A program made the translations under genes and the position numbers. The notes under the pieces are model-generated. The model searched no databases, was not told where the DNA came from, and saw only the letters and a program-made list of their open reading frames with translations. A DNA stretch of 64,000 nt, taken from the human T2T-CHM13v2.0 reference genome, Homo sapiens. The stretch is from the NCBI RefSeq assembly GCF_009914755.1, contig NC_060927.1; one strand, given 5' to 3'. This document shows positions 47,451 to 61,857 of this stretch, in pieces; position 1 is the first letter of the stretch; the number at the start of each line of letters is the position of its first letter.

Positions 47451-48171
47451 TTTTTGAATTTTATTTAATTTTATTTTAAGTTCTGGGATACAAGTGCAGG
47501 ATGTGCAGGTTTGTTACATAGGTAAACGTGGGCCATCATGGTTTGCTGCACCTATCAACCCACCACCTAGGTATTAAGCCCCACATACATTAGCTATTTA
47601 TCCTGATGCTCTACCCCCCCCACACACACTACCACAGGCCCCAGTGTGTGCTGTTCTCCTCCCTGTGTCCATGTGTTCTCATTTTTCAGCTCCCACTTAT
47701 AAGTGAGAATATGCAGTGTTTGGCTTTATGTTCCTGTGTTAGAAAGCCAGTCAGAATGACGATTACTGAAAAGTCAAGAAACAACAGACTCTCGTGAGGC
47801 TGTGGACAAACAGGAACACTTTTACATGGTTGGTGTCAATGTAAATTAGTTCAACCATTGTGGATGACAGTGTGGCAATTCCTCAAAGATCTAGAACAAG
47901 GAATACCATTTGATTGACCCAAAAACCCCATTTCTGGGTATATACCCAAAGGAATATAAATCATTCTGTTACAAAGATACATGCACACGTATGTTCACTG
48001 AAGCATAATTTACGATGGCAAAGGCATGGAATCAACGCAAATGCTCACCAGTGATAGACTGAATAAAGAAAATGTGGTACATACACACCATCGTATACAA
48101 TGCAGCCATAAAAAGAAACAAGATCATGTCCTTTGCAGACACATGGATGGAGCTGGAAGCCATTACCCTCA
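47451..48171 (-). mobile_element. 5'-truncated, 5'-inverted L1PA (about L1PA8-10 age)
   Basis: Antisense 3' end 47451-47742 then sense-orientation upstream segment 47745-48173; TSD GCAGTTTTCTT (47440-47450, 48172-48182). Confidence 0.9.
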
Positions 48172-48489
48172 GCAGTTTTCTTACTTATGTAATGACAAGA
48201 CATAGTTCTTGAGGTTTGCGGATCATTAGTCCCTTTTAAACTCAACAAACCCTCACAGCAGTGCATAATCAGGTGGGCAGATAGGCATCAAAACCCGGGC
48301 CACAGTCTTGTTTTTGGAACTAAGAGGAATATTCAAGGCCCAGGGTTCCCGATCTCAAGGAATTGATAATCTATGGACACTGCACATATGCCTATGAAAC
48401 CACACCAAAAACAACAACAAAAAATCAACCATACAGTTTAGAGCCTTTTTATGATTTTTTCGTGAGCTTTCATATCAAACTCTATTCTA

Positions 48490-48660
48490 TCTCCTTCAAA
48501 GCTCTGAGTGTCTTTGAGATAGGCAGGACAAGTGTTCATATGCCAATCATAAAACTGAGGAAACATGCTCAGAAAGGCTGAGCAAGTGGCCAAGACCACA
48601 TAGGTGCTTAGTGGTGGCTCTCAGACTAAGATCTGGGGCCCCAGTCTTCTTCCCAATAGA
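48490..48660 (-). mobile_element. MIR
   Basis: 'gaggaaacatgctcagaaaggctgagcaagtggccaagaccaca'. Confidence 0.6.
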
Positions 48661-48744
48661 CACTCATCTTCCTGTGCTTCCTTCCCTCACCCTCTAACTT
48701 CTTTCTTAAGATCTTTAAACTATCTTAAAATAAGAGTTCTTCAG

Positions 48745-48970
48745 ATTATTTGTTTATTTAAAAGCATTTACTGAGCTCCTGTCTTGTGCAAGATTATGTG
48801 CTGGGTGCTTTGTGGGATACAGAGATGGCTACAAGAAGCCACAATACCTGTAGAGAGAGGCAGTATCATGGAAGAGGAAGAGGAGAATATTTACTTTTAT
48901 GAAAGTTTAGAAAGTCTTCAGGAAAAACATAGCTTTCAAGTGGGCCTTAGAAGAGTAATTTGAAGAACAG
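48745..48970 (-). mobile_element. L2 3' end
   Basis: 'aagcatttactgagctcctgtcttgtgcaag...gtgctgggtgct'. Confidence 0.7.
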
Positions 48971-49119
48971 GTAAGTGAACTCAGGTTATTGACTCAGATC
49001 TGCAAGAAATATAGCTCAATTTTTTAATACTTTAACTCAATTTTTATCCTGTGCACCCTTTCCGCACGGTGACAGTAATCTATTTTCTGTCAGTTTGTGT
49101 AATCTCAATCCACTCAGGG

Positions 49120-49553
49120 CATGATGGTTAATTTTAATGTGCCAACTTGGCTGGGCCATGACATGACCAGATATTTGATTAAACATTAATTTGGGTGTGT
49201 CTGTGAGGGTGTATCTGGATGAGATTAACATTAGAATCAGTAGACTGAGTAAAGCTGATTGCCCTCCCCAGCATGGGCAGTCCTTATACAATCCATTGAA
49301 AGCCTGAATAGAATAAAAGACTGAGTAAGAAATAATTCTCTCTCTGTCTATCTTCAAGCAAGGGGCATGGGTCTTCTCCTGCCTTCAGACTCAGGCTCAG
49401 ACTGGAATTTACCCATTGAATCTTCTAGTTCTCAAGCCTTTGGACTGCGACTGGAACTTTACTGTCAGCTCTCCTAGGTCTCTAGCTTGCCAGCTGCAGA
49501 TCTTGGACTTCTCTGACTCCACAACCATGTGGAGTAAATCTCTCTCTCTATAG

Positions 49554-49644
<91 letters not shown>

Positions 49645-49731
49645 TGTATATATATGTACATACATATATGTGTGTGTGTATATATATACTATTACCATTA
49701 CTTTAATAGAGATTTACTATTTTGTATATAT

Positions 49732-49778
<47 letters not shown>

Positions 49779-50605
49779 CACATATATGCACTTATGTGGT
49801 TTTGGCCAGCTGCTCAGCCTTTCTGAGCATACTTCTTCAGTTTTATGATTGGCGTACAAATACCCGTCCTGTCTATCTCAAAGGTATTGGGGAACTTTGA
49901 AGGAGATAGAATAGAGTTTGATATGAAAGCAAACAAAAAATTATAAATATATATGTACATATATATATAAAGAAATTTACTATTTTTCCACTTTTCTTTC
50001 TTTTTTTAATTTAATTTTCAGTTCAGGGATACATGTAAAGGACAAGCAGATTTGTTATATAGGTAAACTGTGCCATCAGGGTTTGCTACACCTATCAACC
50101 CATCACCTAGGTATTAAGCCCCACATACATTAGCTACTTATCCTGATGCTCTCCCTCCCCCATACTGCCACAGTCCCAAGTGTGTGTTGTCCCCCTCCCT
50201 GTGTCCACGTCTTCTCATTGTTCGGTTCCCACTTATAAGTGAGAACATGCGGTGTTTAGTTTTCTGTTCCTGTGTTAGTTCATGCCAGTCAGAATGGCAA
50301 TTATTAAAAAGTCAAGAAACAACAGATGCTGGCAAGGCTGTGGAGAAATAGGAATGCTTTTACACCGTTGGTGTCAATGTAAATTAGTTCAATCATTGTG
50401 GAAGAGAGTGTGGCAATTCCTTAAAGATTCAGAACCAGAAATACCGATTGATTGACCCAACAATCTCATTTGATTTTATATTTTTATATACTATATTATA
50501 TATTTATTTATGTATTTATCTATATATCAAAGAGCCATGGATTTTATATATATATAATATCTATTAATCTGGGTTCTGCTTCTCTGGAGAACTCAGATTA
50601 ACACA
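49120..50605 (+). mobile_element. MLT2 (ERVL) LTR with an expanded internal microsatellite and captured DNA
   Basis: 'tgatggttaattttaatgtgccaacttggctgggcca' ... 'ggttctgcttctctggagaactcagattaacaca'; 5-bp TSD CAGGG. Confidence 0.88.
49558..49787. repeat. Compound microsatellite (CT)n(AT)n(GT)n...(CA)n
   Basis: Seen directly. Confidence 0.95.
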
Positions 50606-51732
50606 CAGGGCCTTCTCTCACCCTTCACAGATAGGGTGTCTGTGTTCCTGGGGTTACTTAACTCCAAGAGAGGGAAGGAGAAGACAATTGGTTATCATTC
50701 TTTATGACCTATGTGGCCACTAGCATATGAGGTACTCACATTCCTGGAAGGTGCCCTCCACTCATTATCCTTGCACAGGACTATTGCACACTAATTGTTT
50801 AAATCATCACAGGTCTCATATTCAGCTCCTGCAGTGCTCTGAGGTATTTGGGAAGTATTTGACTGTTCTCTTGACCATCCAGACAACCAGGAAATTTAGC
50901 AAGACTGCATCAGACTCATCAGCCGAGACACCTGACATAGCCTCATCACTGTATTGCTCCCATGACTGGGAGACTCAGGAGCTCTGCACAACTTTCATCT
51001 TCTCAGAATCTGCCTGCAACTTGAGACGCAGGTCACTTCCACCTCAGATCTCCAAAAGCAACTTAGTATTTCTATTGAGGAACATTGAGTATTCCACAAT
51101 GCCTACTACTTCCTAGCTTCCTTGAAACATGTTGCCTTCCTCAGTCTGTGGAAACTTTCCATAGGCAAGGGCAGAAGTGGTAGAGCAGGAAAGACTGCAG
51201 TGAACACATATTCTTACTTATGCACAAAGCCTGGATTTTGATCATCGAAAGCCAATAATTTGACTCACTTTCTCTGCAGATTTGGCTACTCAACTCTTGT
51301 TTGTCTTCTGTGATACCATTTTTCCCTCAACTGATAAACACTGCTGACCAAATAGGGAAAAAAACTGGGGGAGAAGAAATGAGATCAGATCAAGATACAG
51401 TTGGGTAATATTTAGCATTTTATCCAGCACAATGGGGTTCAGATATGCTGATAAGGCAGTTGAGGAGGACTAGCAAGGGTGCAATATGAGAGATACCGGG
51501 AAGGTAATATTAACAGGATTCATTATCTCCAATTTTACAAAAACCTCTCTGCTACTCAGGTTTTATTACAGAAAATTAAATAAATCATTCAGCAACTTAT
51601 CAAAATTGGCCATGTCTAAATAACGGAAAAATAGAAATGGATTCTATCCTAAACTTTCACATTTTCATTTTCTTCTCTCTTCATGTTTTACCATGTTTTG
51701 TGTGAGCTAAACAAACTTGCTTACTTAGCATC

Positions 51733-52147
51733 TGATATAGCTTAGATGTTTGTCTCTCCAAATCTCATGCTGAAATGTAACCTCCCATGTTGGAGGTGGG
51801 GCTGGTGGGAGGTGTTAAGGTCATCGAGGTGGATCCCTCATGAATGGCTTGGTGCCATCCCCATGGTAATGAGTGAGTTCTCGCACTGGTAGTTCATGGC
51901 AGGTTGATTGTTTAAAAGAGTGTGGCACCTCCCCCTTCTCTCTTGCTACCTCTCCGGACATGTGACACGCTGGCTCCCCTTTCTTTTCACCATGATTAAA
52001 AGCTTCCTGCGGCCCTCATCAGGAGCAGATGCTGGTGCCAGGCATCCTGTACAGCCTGCAGAACCAGGAGCTAAAATAAACATCTTTTTAAAAATAAATT
52101 ACCCAGTCTCATGTATTCCTTTATAGCAATGCAAACAAATTAATACA
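51733..52147 (+). mobile_element. MaLR LTR (MSTA-like)
   Basis: 'caaatctcatgctgaaatgtaa...ttatagcaatgcaaacaaattaataca'; 5-bp TSD GCATC. Confidence 0.9.
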
Positions 52148-52849
52148 GCATCCTTCATGTGTTCCCAGACCTATGCCTCTACATAAGCCATTCCCCTAAA
52201 AGCACCTGTCATAATGAGAATGGGCTTGCTTGGGTGGCACTTATTAGTCCCTGAGCCCTGGGCTGAAAGAAACGGGAGCTATTCTATCAAAGGCTGTGCC
52301 TGGACATCTGGCTAAATGCCCCACATCAGTGCTTAGAGGCAGAGCTCATCGCTTGCAAGTCAGACAAGAAGGAAAGATAAGTATGGTCTGGTCCATCAGG
52401 CAAAGTAGGGGTCAGGAATATCCATCCTTGCTGGGGGTTCCTGGGGAAGGATGGCAACACACAGCAGTTCCTCTAAATAGTACTTGTGGGAGGGAGGGCA
52501 AGATCCAAGGGAAATATCCAGTCTCCAGGAAAAGGAGCTATGCAGGTTATCACCTCCTACAGGAAGTCTGGGATACCAGGTAGGATGAGAGATGTATGGA
52601 AGCCAGTACTTTGGATTAGATCTGCACTGGGATAGGGTATAGCTATAACTGGCAGCCTGCTAGAGTGCCCAGGACTAGCCCCTCTCACAGAAAGTTTGTC
52701 TGGTTAGTGTACTGTCTCAATTCTAGGCACCACTGGTTCAGGAAGAGGGATAGTCCTGAGCTTGGGGCTATATGGAACTGGAAAATTCCATGAGAAGAGA
52801 CACAAAGCATAGAGTCAGGACAGCATAATAGGCAGGTGATAAACAAATT

Positions 52850-52980
52850 TCACTAGATATAGACTTTATGAGAGCAAGAATTTTTGTCTATTCAATATGC
52901 TGCTAGATCCTTTGCATCTGTAACAGTTCCTGGTACATCACAGGCACTCAATAAGCATTTGTGGAAAGAATGAATGAAAC
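52850..52980 (+). mobile_element. L2 3' end
   Basis: 'cctggtacatcacaggcactcaataagcatttgtggaaagaatgaatgaa'. Confidence 0.8.
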
Positions 52981-53057
52981 CACAGTTCTGCCTTTATCCA
53001 GCTGTGTAACCCTGAGAAAAATATTTAGCTTCAGTTTTTCTTAGATTTGGGTTTTCT

Positions 53058-54420
<1,363 letters not shown>

Positions 54421-54447
54421 TAGATTTGGGTTTTCTACACAATGTGT

Positions 54448-54998
54448 TGTTATAGGCAGAATTTTGGCCCTTGTGACCTTCATCTACAGGTGTTACTTCC
54501 ATTAATATATTATGTTACATGGCAGAAAGGGACTTTGCAGTTGTAGTGCAGGCTACAATGAATTGACTTTAAGATAGGAAGATTATCTTGGATTATGTGA
54601 ATGGACTTAATCTAAGCACACGTACCCTGAAAAGCAGAGATCTTTCTCCAATTCATAGCAGAAAGAGAAGTCAGAGGTGCTAAGGAACAAGGAGGATTTG
54701 ATGTGTCCTTACTGGCTTGAAGATGAAGAAAGACACATGCCAAGGAAACGGTGGCCTCAGTCCTATAAGCACAGGGAAGTGAAGTCTGCCAGGAACTTGA
54801 GTAAATTTGGAAGTGGAGTCTTCCCCAGAGCCCAACCAACACCCTGATTTCTGCCTTTTGAGTCTCTGAGCAGCAGATCCAGTTGAGTTACTCTGTACTT
54901 AGGCTTCTGACCTATAGAAATGTGGTAGAATAAGTGGGTGTGCTTTAAGCCACCAAATTTGTGGGAATTTGCCATGGTAGCAATAGAAAAGCAATACA
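54448..54998 (+). mobile_element. MaLR LTR (MLT1D/E-like)
   Basis: 'tatgttacatggcagaaagggactttgcag' ... 'tttaagccaccaaatttgtgg...agcaatagaaaagcaataca'. Confidence 0.8.
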
Positions 54999-55041
54999 GA
55001 AAAATAGATGGAATTTGCCATGGTAGCAATAGAAAAGCAAT

Positions 55042-55042
<1 letters not shown>

Positions 55043-55080
<38 letters not shown>
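55043..55080. repeat. (TAGA)n tetranucleotide STR
   Basis: About 8 perfect units. Confidence 0.92.
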
Positions 55081-55082
<2 letters not shown>

Positions 55083-57831
55083 TTCAGAATATATAAAAAT
55101 ATATAATATTCAGTGTGTGTATTATAAAGAAATTTCCAGCTCCTTCCTCAACCCTTTCTTAATAACCATCTCCTAGTCCTAATCACTTCGTTAATTTTGT
55201 AATAAAATGCTCCCTATGGACCTAATTTTGCATTAATTCTTTAGACAAGCCCCTTTTGCTGAGATTAGAATCAACAGTGAAGCACTGTTTGGGTATGAAA
55301 AGACTTAGTCTATCAAAGCAGGCTGTGTCTGTTTTGTTTGGAAGACACATGTCATAAAAGAGCAGTTTGGGAGAGGACTAGAATGCAGCTCCCACTTGGA
55401 TGGACAGAGAAGCAAGTGGAGTCTAGCATAGTGAACTTTTGCTCCAGAACTACCATAGGAATAATTCAGGAAAGCTCAGAGAACCCACACACCCTCTGAA
55501 GGAAGTGGATTGCTCCTGCAGGACCCAGGAGACACCCTAAATACAGTGAATACCCAAACTGTGGAAATGAGAAAGGGAGATCATCTGCCCCCAAACACAC
55601 ATCCTCACTGGGAAACCTGAAGGTCTAAACCATGGGAGAAGACTCTGACCTTACCTGGAGCTGAGTCAATTTACAGAGACAAGTGAAATGGAGGGGTAGG
55701 GGAAGCAGTGGGAAGAGCCGTGTGGGCTCTCTGGGTTCCCACGGAAGCCATTTCTGACTTGTTTCACAGGGCTACCTGGGGAGGGCTGCTAGAGGAACTG
55801 GGAAAAGGCCACAGGGAGAAGGAAACCTCCAGCTGAACTTTGTAACAATTCCAACTGAAAGAGAAGTCTCCTGGCCAGGACTTGGGGAAGGGTGTGAATC
55901 TAGTGTGCAGACTCCACAGGCAAAGAAGCATGAACGCCCTACTTGCTTTTGCAGCTGGGAGGCTTGTAGCCTAGGGCAAGTTCTCAGCCCTGCTCACCCT
56001 CTGCCTAGAAACAGATTCAGTGCTGTTGTGGGGAGGCACGATGTGAGTGAGAGTGGCCTTCTGGGTTTTGTGAGACCTGGGTGAGGTCTGTGGCTGCTGG
56101 CTTCCCTCCACTTCCCTGACAACTTGCATGCCATAGTAAAGGCAGCCATAATCCTCCTAGGAACATAACTCTATTGACCTGGACACCATCCCCCACCCCC
56201 CACAGGAGCTGCAGCAGACCCACCCAAGAGTCTGAGCTCTAACACGCCTAGCTCTGCCACCATCTGATGGTTCTTTCCTACCCACCCTGGTAGCTGAAGA
56301 AAAAGGGCATATACTCTTGGGCGTTCTAGGGCCCTGCCCACAACCTGATCCTCCCCATACTAACACAGCTGATACACTATTTAAAGCACCACCTCCTGGC
56401 AGGAGGCCAACCAGCACAAAAATAGTGCATTAAACAACCAAAACTAAGGGCCCTTACAGTCCCTTTCACCCCTCTGACACCTCCACCAGAGCAGGTGCTG
56501 GTATCCACAGCTGAAAGACCCACAGATGGTTCAGATCACAGGACTCTGTGCAGACCATCCCCAGTATCAGCCCAGAGCCTGGTAGACCTGCTGGGTGGCT
56601 AGATCCTGAAGAGATATAATAATCACTACGGCTCAGCTCTCAGGGAGCCACATGCCTAGGAAAAGGGGGAGAGCACTACATCAAAGGAACACACCATGGG
56701 ACAAAAAAATCTGAACAACCGTCTTGAGCCCTAGACCTTCCCTCTGACAGAGCCTACCCAAATGAGAAAAAGACAGAAAGCCAACTCTGATAATATGACA
56801 AAACAAGGTTCTTTAACACCCCCAAAAATTCACACTAGCTCACCAGCAATGGATCCAAACCAAGACAAAATCCCTAATTTACATGAGAAAGCATTCAGAA
56901 GGTCAGATATTAAGCTAATCAAGGAGGCACCAGAGAAAGGCAAAGCCCAACATAAGGGAATTAAAAAAAATAAGTGAGGGGAGAAATCTTCAGTGAAATA
57001 GATAGCATAAATAAAAAAACAATCAAAACTTCAGGAAACAATGGACACACTTACAGAAAAGCAAAATGCTCTGAAAAATCTCACCAATAGAACTGAACAA
57101 GCAGAAGAAAGAATTTCAGAGCTTGAAGACAAGGTTTTCTAATTAATCCAATTAAACAAAGACAAAGAAAAAGGAATAAGCAAATACGAACAAAGCCTCC
57201 AAAAATCTAGGATTATGTTAAATTACCAAACCTAAGAATAATCAGTGTTCTTGAGGAAGAGAAATCTAAAGTTTGGACAAGTTTTGGGGGAACAACAGAG
57301 GAAAACTTCCCCAGCCTTGCTAGAGACCTAGATATCTGAATACATGAACTCAAAGAACACCTAGGAATTTCATCACAAAAAAATCATCACCTACGCACAT
57401 TGTCATCAGGTTATCTAAAGTTAAGACGAAGGAAGGAATCTTAAGAGCTGAGAGGCAAAAGCACCGGATAACCTATCAATGAAAACCTATCAGATTAACA
57501 GCAGATTTCTCAGCAGAAACCTTACAAGGTGGGAGGGATTGGAGTTCTATCTTCAGCCTCCTTAAACAAAGCAATTATCAGCCAAGAATTCTGTATCCAG
57601 CAAAACTAAACTTCATAAACGAAGGAAAGACATAGTCTTTTTCAAACAAATACTGAGAGAATTTGCTACTAAGCCAGCACTACAATAACTGCTCTAAATA
57701 TAAGCTCTAAATCTTGAAACAAATGCTGGAAACACATCAAAATACAACCTCTTTAAAGCATAAATCTCACAGGACAAAAATACAAATTAAAAAAAAACAA
57801 AAAACAAGGTATACTGGCAACAAATAGCACA

Positions 57832-60800
57832 ATGAATGGAATAGTACCTCACATCTCAATACTAACATTGAATGTAAATGGCCTAAATGGTCTACTTAAA
57901 AGGTAGAGACTTGCAGAATGGATAAGAATTCACCAACTAACTACCTGCCACCTTCAAGAGACTCACCTAACACATAAGGACTCACATAAACTTAAGGTAA
58001 GGGGGTGGAAAAAAAGACATTTTATGCAAATGGACACCAAAAGCAGCAGGAGCAGCCATTCCTATATCAGACAAAACAAACTTTAAAGCAACTGTGGTTA
58101 AAAAAGACAAAGAGGGACATTATATAATGATAAAAGGTCTTGTGCCACAGGAAAACATCACAATCCTAAATATATGTGCACCTAACATTGGAGCTCCCAA
58201 ATTTATAAAATTATTACTACTAGACCTAAGAAATGAGATAGACAGCAGCACAATAATAGTGGGGGACTTCAATACTCCACCAACAGCACCAGATAAGTCA
58301 TCAAGACAGAAAGTCAACAAAGAAACCATGGATTTAAACTGTACCCTGGAATAAATGGACCTAACAGATATTTACAAAACATTCTACCCAAAAACTGCAG
58401 AATACTCACTCTATTCATCAGTGCATGGAACTTTCTCTAAGTATAGACCATATGATAGCCCACAAAACAAGCATCAATACACTTAAGAAAATTGAAATAT
58501 TATCAAGCCCTCTCTCAGAGCACAGTTGAATACAACTGGAAATCAACTCCAAAGGGAAGCTTCAAAACCATGCAAATACATGAAAATTAAACAACCTGCT
58601 CCTGAATGATGATTGGGTCAACAATGAAATCAAGATGGAAATTAAGAAATTCTTCAAACTGAACAATTGTGACACAACATATCAAAACCTCTGGGATACA
58701 GCAAAGGCAGAGCTAAGAGGAAAGTTCAGAGCCCTAAACCAATATATTGAAAAGTTGAAAGAGCACAGACAATCTAACATCACACCTCAGGGAACTGGAG
58801 AAATAAGAACAAGCCAAACCCAAACCAAGCAGAAGAAAGGAAATAACCAAGATCAGGGCAGAACTAAGTGAAATTGAAACAAACAAACAAAAAATACAAA
58901 AAGAGAAATGAAACAAAAAGCTGGTTCTTTGAAAAGATAAAGAAAAATGATAGACCATTAGCAAGATTAAGCAAGAAAAGAAGAGAGAAAATCCAAATAA
59001 GCTCAATTAGAAATGAAACAGGAGATATTACAACTGATGCCACAGAAATACAAAAGATCATTCAAGGCTACTATGGCCACTTTACTTGCATAAACTAGAA
59101 AATCTAGAGGAGATGGATAAATTCCTGAAAAAATACAACCCTCCTAGCTTAAATCAGGAAGAATTAGATACCCTGAACAGACCAATAACAAGCAGCGAGA
59201 TTGAAATGGTAATAACAAAAATACCAACAACAACAAAAAAAGTCCAGGACCAGATGAATTCACAGCTAAATTCTACCAGACATTCAAAGAAGAATTGGTA
59301 CCAATCCTGTTGACACTATTCCACAAGATAGAGAAAGAAGAAATCCTCCCTAATTCATTCTATGAAGCCAGTATCACCCTAATAAAAAAAACTAGGAAAG
59401 GACATAACCAAAAAAGAAAACTACAGACCAATATGCCTGATAATCATAGATGCAAAAATCATTAACAAAATACTAGCTAACCAAAACCAACCGATATCAA
59501 AAAAATGATCCAACATGATCAAGCGGGTTTCATACCAGGGATGCAGGGATGGTTTAACATATGCAAGTCAATAAATGTGATGCACCACATAAACATAATT
59601 AAAAACAAAAATCACATGATCATTTCAATAGATGCAGAAAAAGCATTCAATGAAATCCAGCACCCATTTATGATTAAAACTTTCAGCAAAATTGGCATAC
59701 AAGGGACATACCTCAACATAATAAAAGCCATCTATGACAAACCCACAGCCAACATAATACTGAATGGGGAAAAGTTGGTAGCATTCCCTCGGAGAACCAG
59801 AACAAGACAATGATGCCCACTCTCACCACTTCTATTCAACATAGTACTGGAAGTCCTAGCCATAGCAATCAGACAAGAGAAAGAAAGAAAGGGCATCCAA
59901 GTCATTAAAGAGGAAGTCATACTGTCGCTGTTTGCTGATGACATGATTGTATACCTAGAAAACCCTAAAAACTCCTCCAAAAAGCTCCTAGATATGATAA
60001 AAGGATTCAGCAAAGTTTCCTCACACAAAATTAATGTACATTGGCCAGGTGCAGTGGCTCATGCCTATAATCTCAGCACTTTAGGAGTCCAAGGTGGATG
60101 GATCACCTGAGGTCAAGACTTCAAGACCAGCCTGGTGAAACCCCATGTCTACTAAAAATACAAAAATTAGCTGGGTGTGGTGGCATGTGCCTGTAGTCCC
60201 AGCTACTCTGGAAGATGAGGTAGGAGAATCACTTGCACCCAGGAAGTGGAAGTTGCAGTGAGCCAAGATCATGCCACTGCACCTGGGAAACAGGGCAAAA
60301 CTCCATCTCAAAAAAAAAAAAAAGTAGGCAAATTAGTAGCTCTCCTATACACTAACAGCAATCAAGCTGAGAATTAAATTAAGAACTCAACCCCTTTTAT
60401 AATAGCTGAAAAAAAAAACTAGGAATATACCTAACCAAGGAGATGAAAGACCTCTACAAGGAAAACTACAAAACAATGCTGAAAGAAATCATAGACAACA
60501 GAAAGGGAAACACATTCCATGCTCATGGATGAGTAGAATCAATACTGTGAAAATGACCATACTGCCAAAAGCAATCTACAAATTCAATGCAATCCCCATC
60601 AAAATACCACCATCATTCTTTATAGAATTAGAAAAAAAAATCCTAAAATTCATATTGAACCAAAAAAGAGCCCACATATCCAAAGCAAGACTAAGCAAAA
60701 AGAACAAATCTGGAGGCATCACACTATCTGACTTCAAACTATATTATAAGGCCATAGTCACCAAAACAGCATGGTACTTGTATAAAATAGGCACATAGAT

Positions 60801-61772
60801 CAATGGGACATAGATCAAGAATAGAGAACCCAGAAATAAACCCAAATACTTACAGCCAACTGATCTTTGACAAAGCAAACAAAAACACAAAGTGAGGCAA
60901 GGACACTCTATTCAACAAATGGTGCTGGGACAATTGGCTAGCCACATGTCAGAGAATAAAACTGGATCCTCATTTCTCACCTTACACAAAAATCAACTCA
61001 AGATGGATTAAGGACTTAAATTTAAGACTTAAAACTATAAAAATTCTAGAAGATAACATCAGAAAAACCCTTCTAGACCTTGGCTTAGGTAAGGATTTCA
61101 TGACCAAGAATCCAAAAGCAAATGAAATAAAAACAAAGATAAATAGCTGAGACTTAATTAAACAAAAGAGCTTTTGCATGGCAAAAGGAACAGTCAGCAG
61201 AGTAAACAGACAACCCAGAGTGGTAGAAAATCTTTACAATCTATATATCTGACAAAGGACTAATATCCAGAATCTACAAGGAACTAAAATAAATTATCAA
61301 CAAAAAAGCAAATAATCCCATCAAAAAGTGGGCAAAAGACATGAATAGACAATTCTCAAAAGAAGACATATAAATGGCCAACAAACATATGAAAAAACAC
61401 TCAACATCGCTAATGATTAGGGAAATGCAAATAAAAACCACAATGCAATACCACCTTACTACTACAAGAATGACCATAATCAAAAAATCCAGAAATCATA
61501 GTTGCTGGCATGGATGTGGTGAACAGGGAACACTTCTACACTGCTGATGGGAATGTAAACTTGTAAAACCACTACTAGAAACAGTGTGGAGATTCCTTAA
61601 AGTAGCAAAAGTGGAACTACCATTTGTTCCAGCAATCCCACTACTGGGTAGCTACCCAGAGGAAAAGAAGTCATTATATGAAAAAGATACTTGCACACAC
61701 ATGTTTATAGAAGCACAATTCACAATTGGGGAAATGTGGAACCAACAGAAATGCCCATTAATCAATGAGTGA
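57832..61772 (+). pseudogene. Disrupted L1 ORF2 (endonuclease/reverse transcriptase)
   Basis: Motifs IIVGDFNT and '[15 protein letters not shown]...[10 protein letters not shown]'; many stops and frameshifts, and an Alu insertion. Confidence 0.9.
60043..60323 (+). mobile_element. AluS in L1PB ORF2
   Basis: 'ggatcacctgaggtcaag', poly-A tail, small internal deletions. Confidence 0.92.
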
Positions 61773-61785
61773 TAAAGAAACTGTG

Positions 61786-61796
61786 ATATATATATT

Positions 61797-61849
<53 letters not shown>

Positions 61850-61857
61850 ATACATAT
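61786..61857. repeat. (TA)n(CA)n microsatellite in the L1PB 3' UTR
   Basis: Seen directly. Confidence 0.92.
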
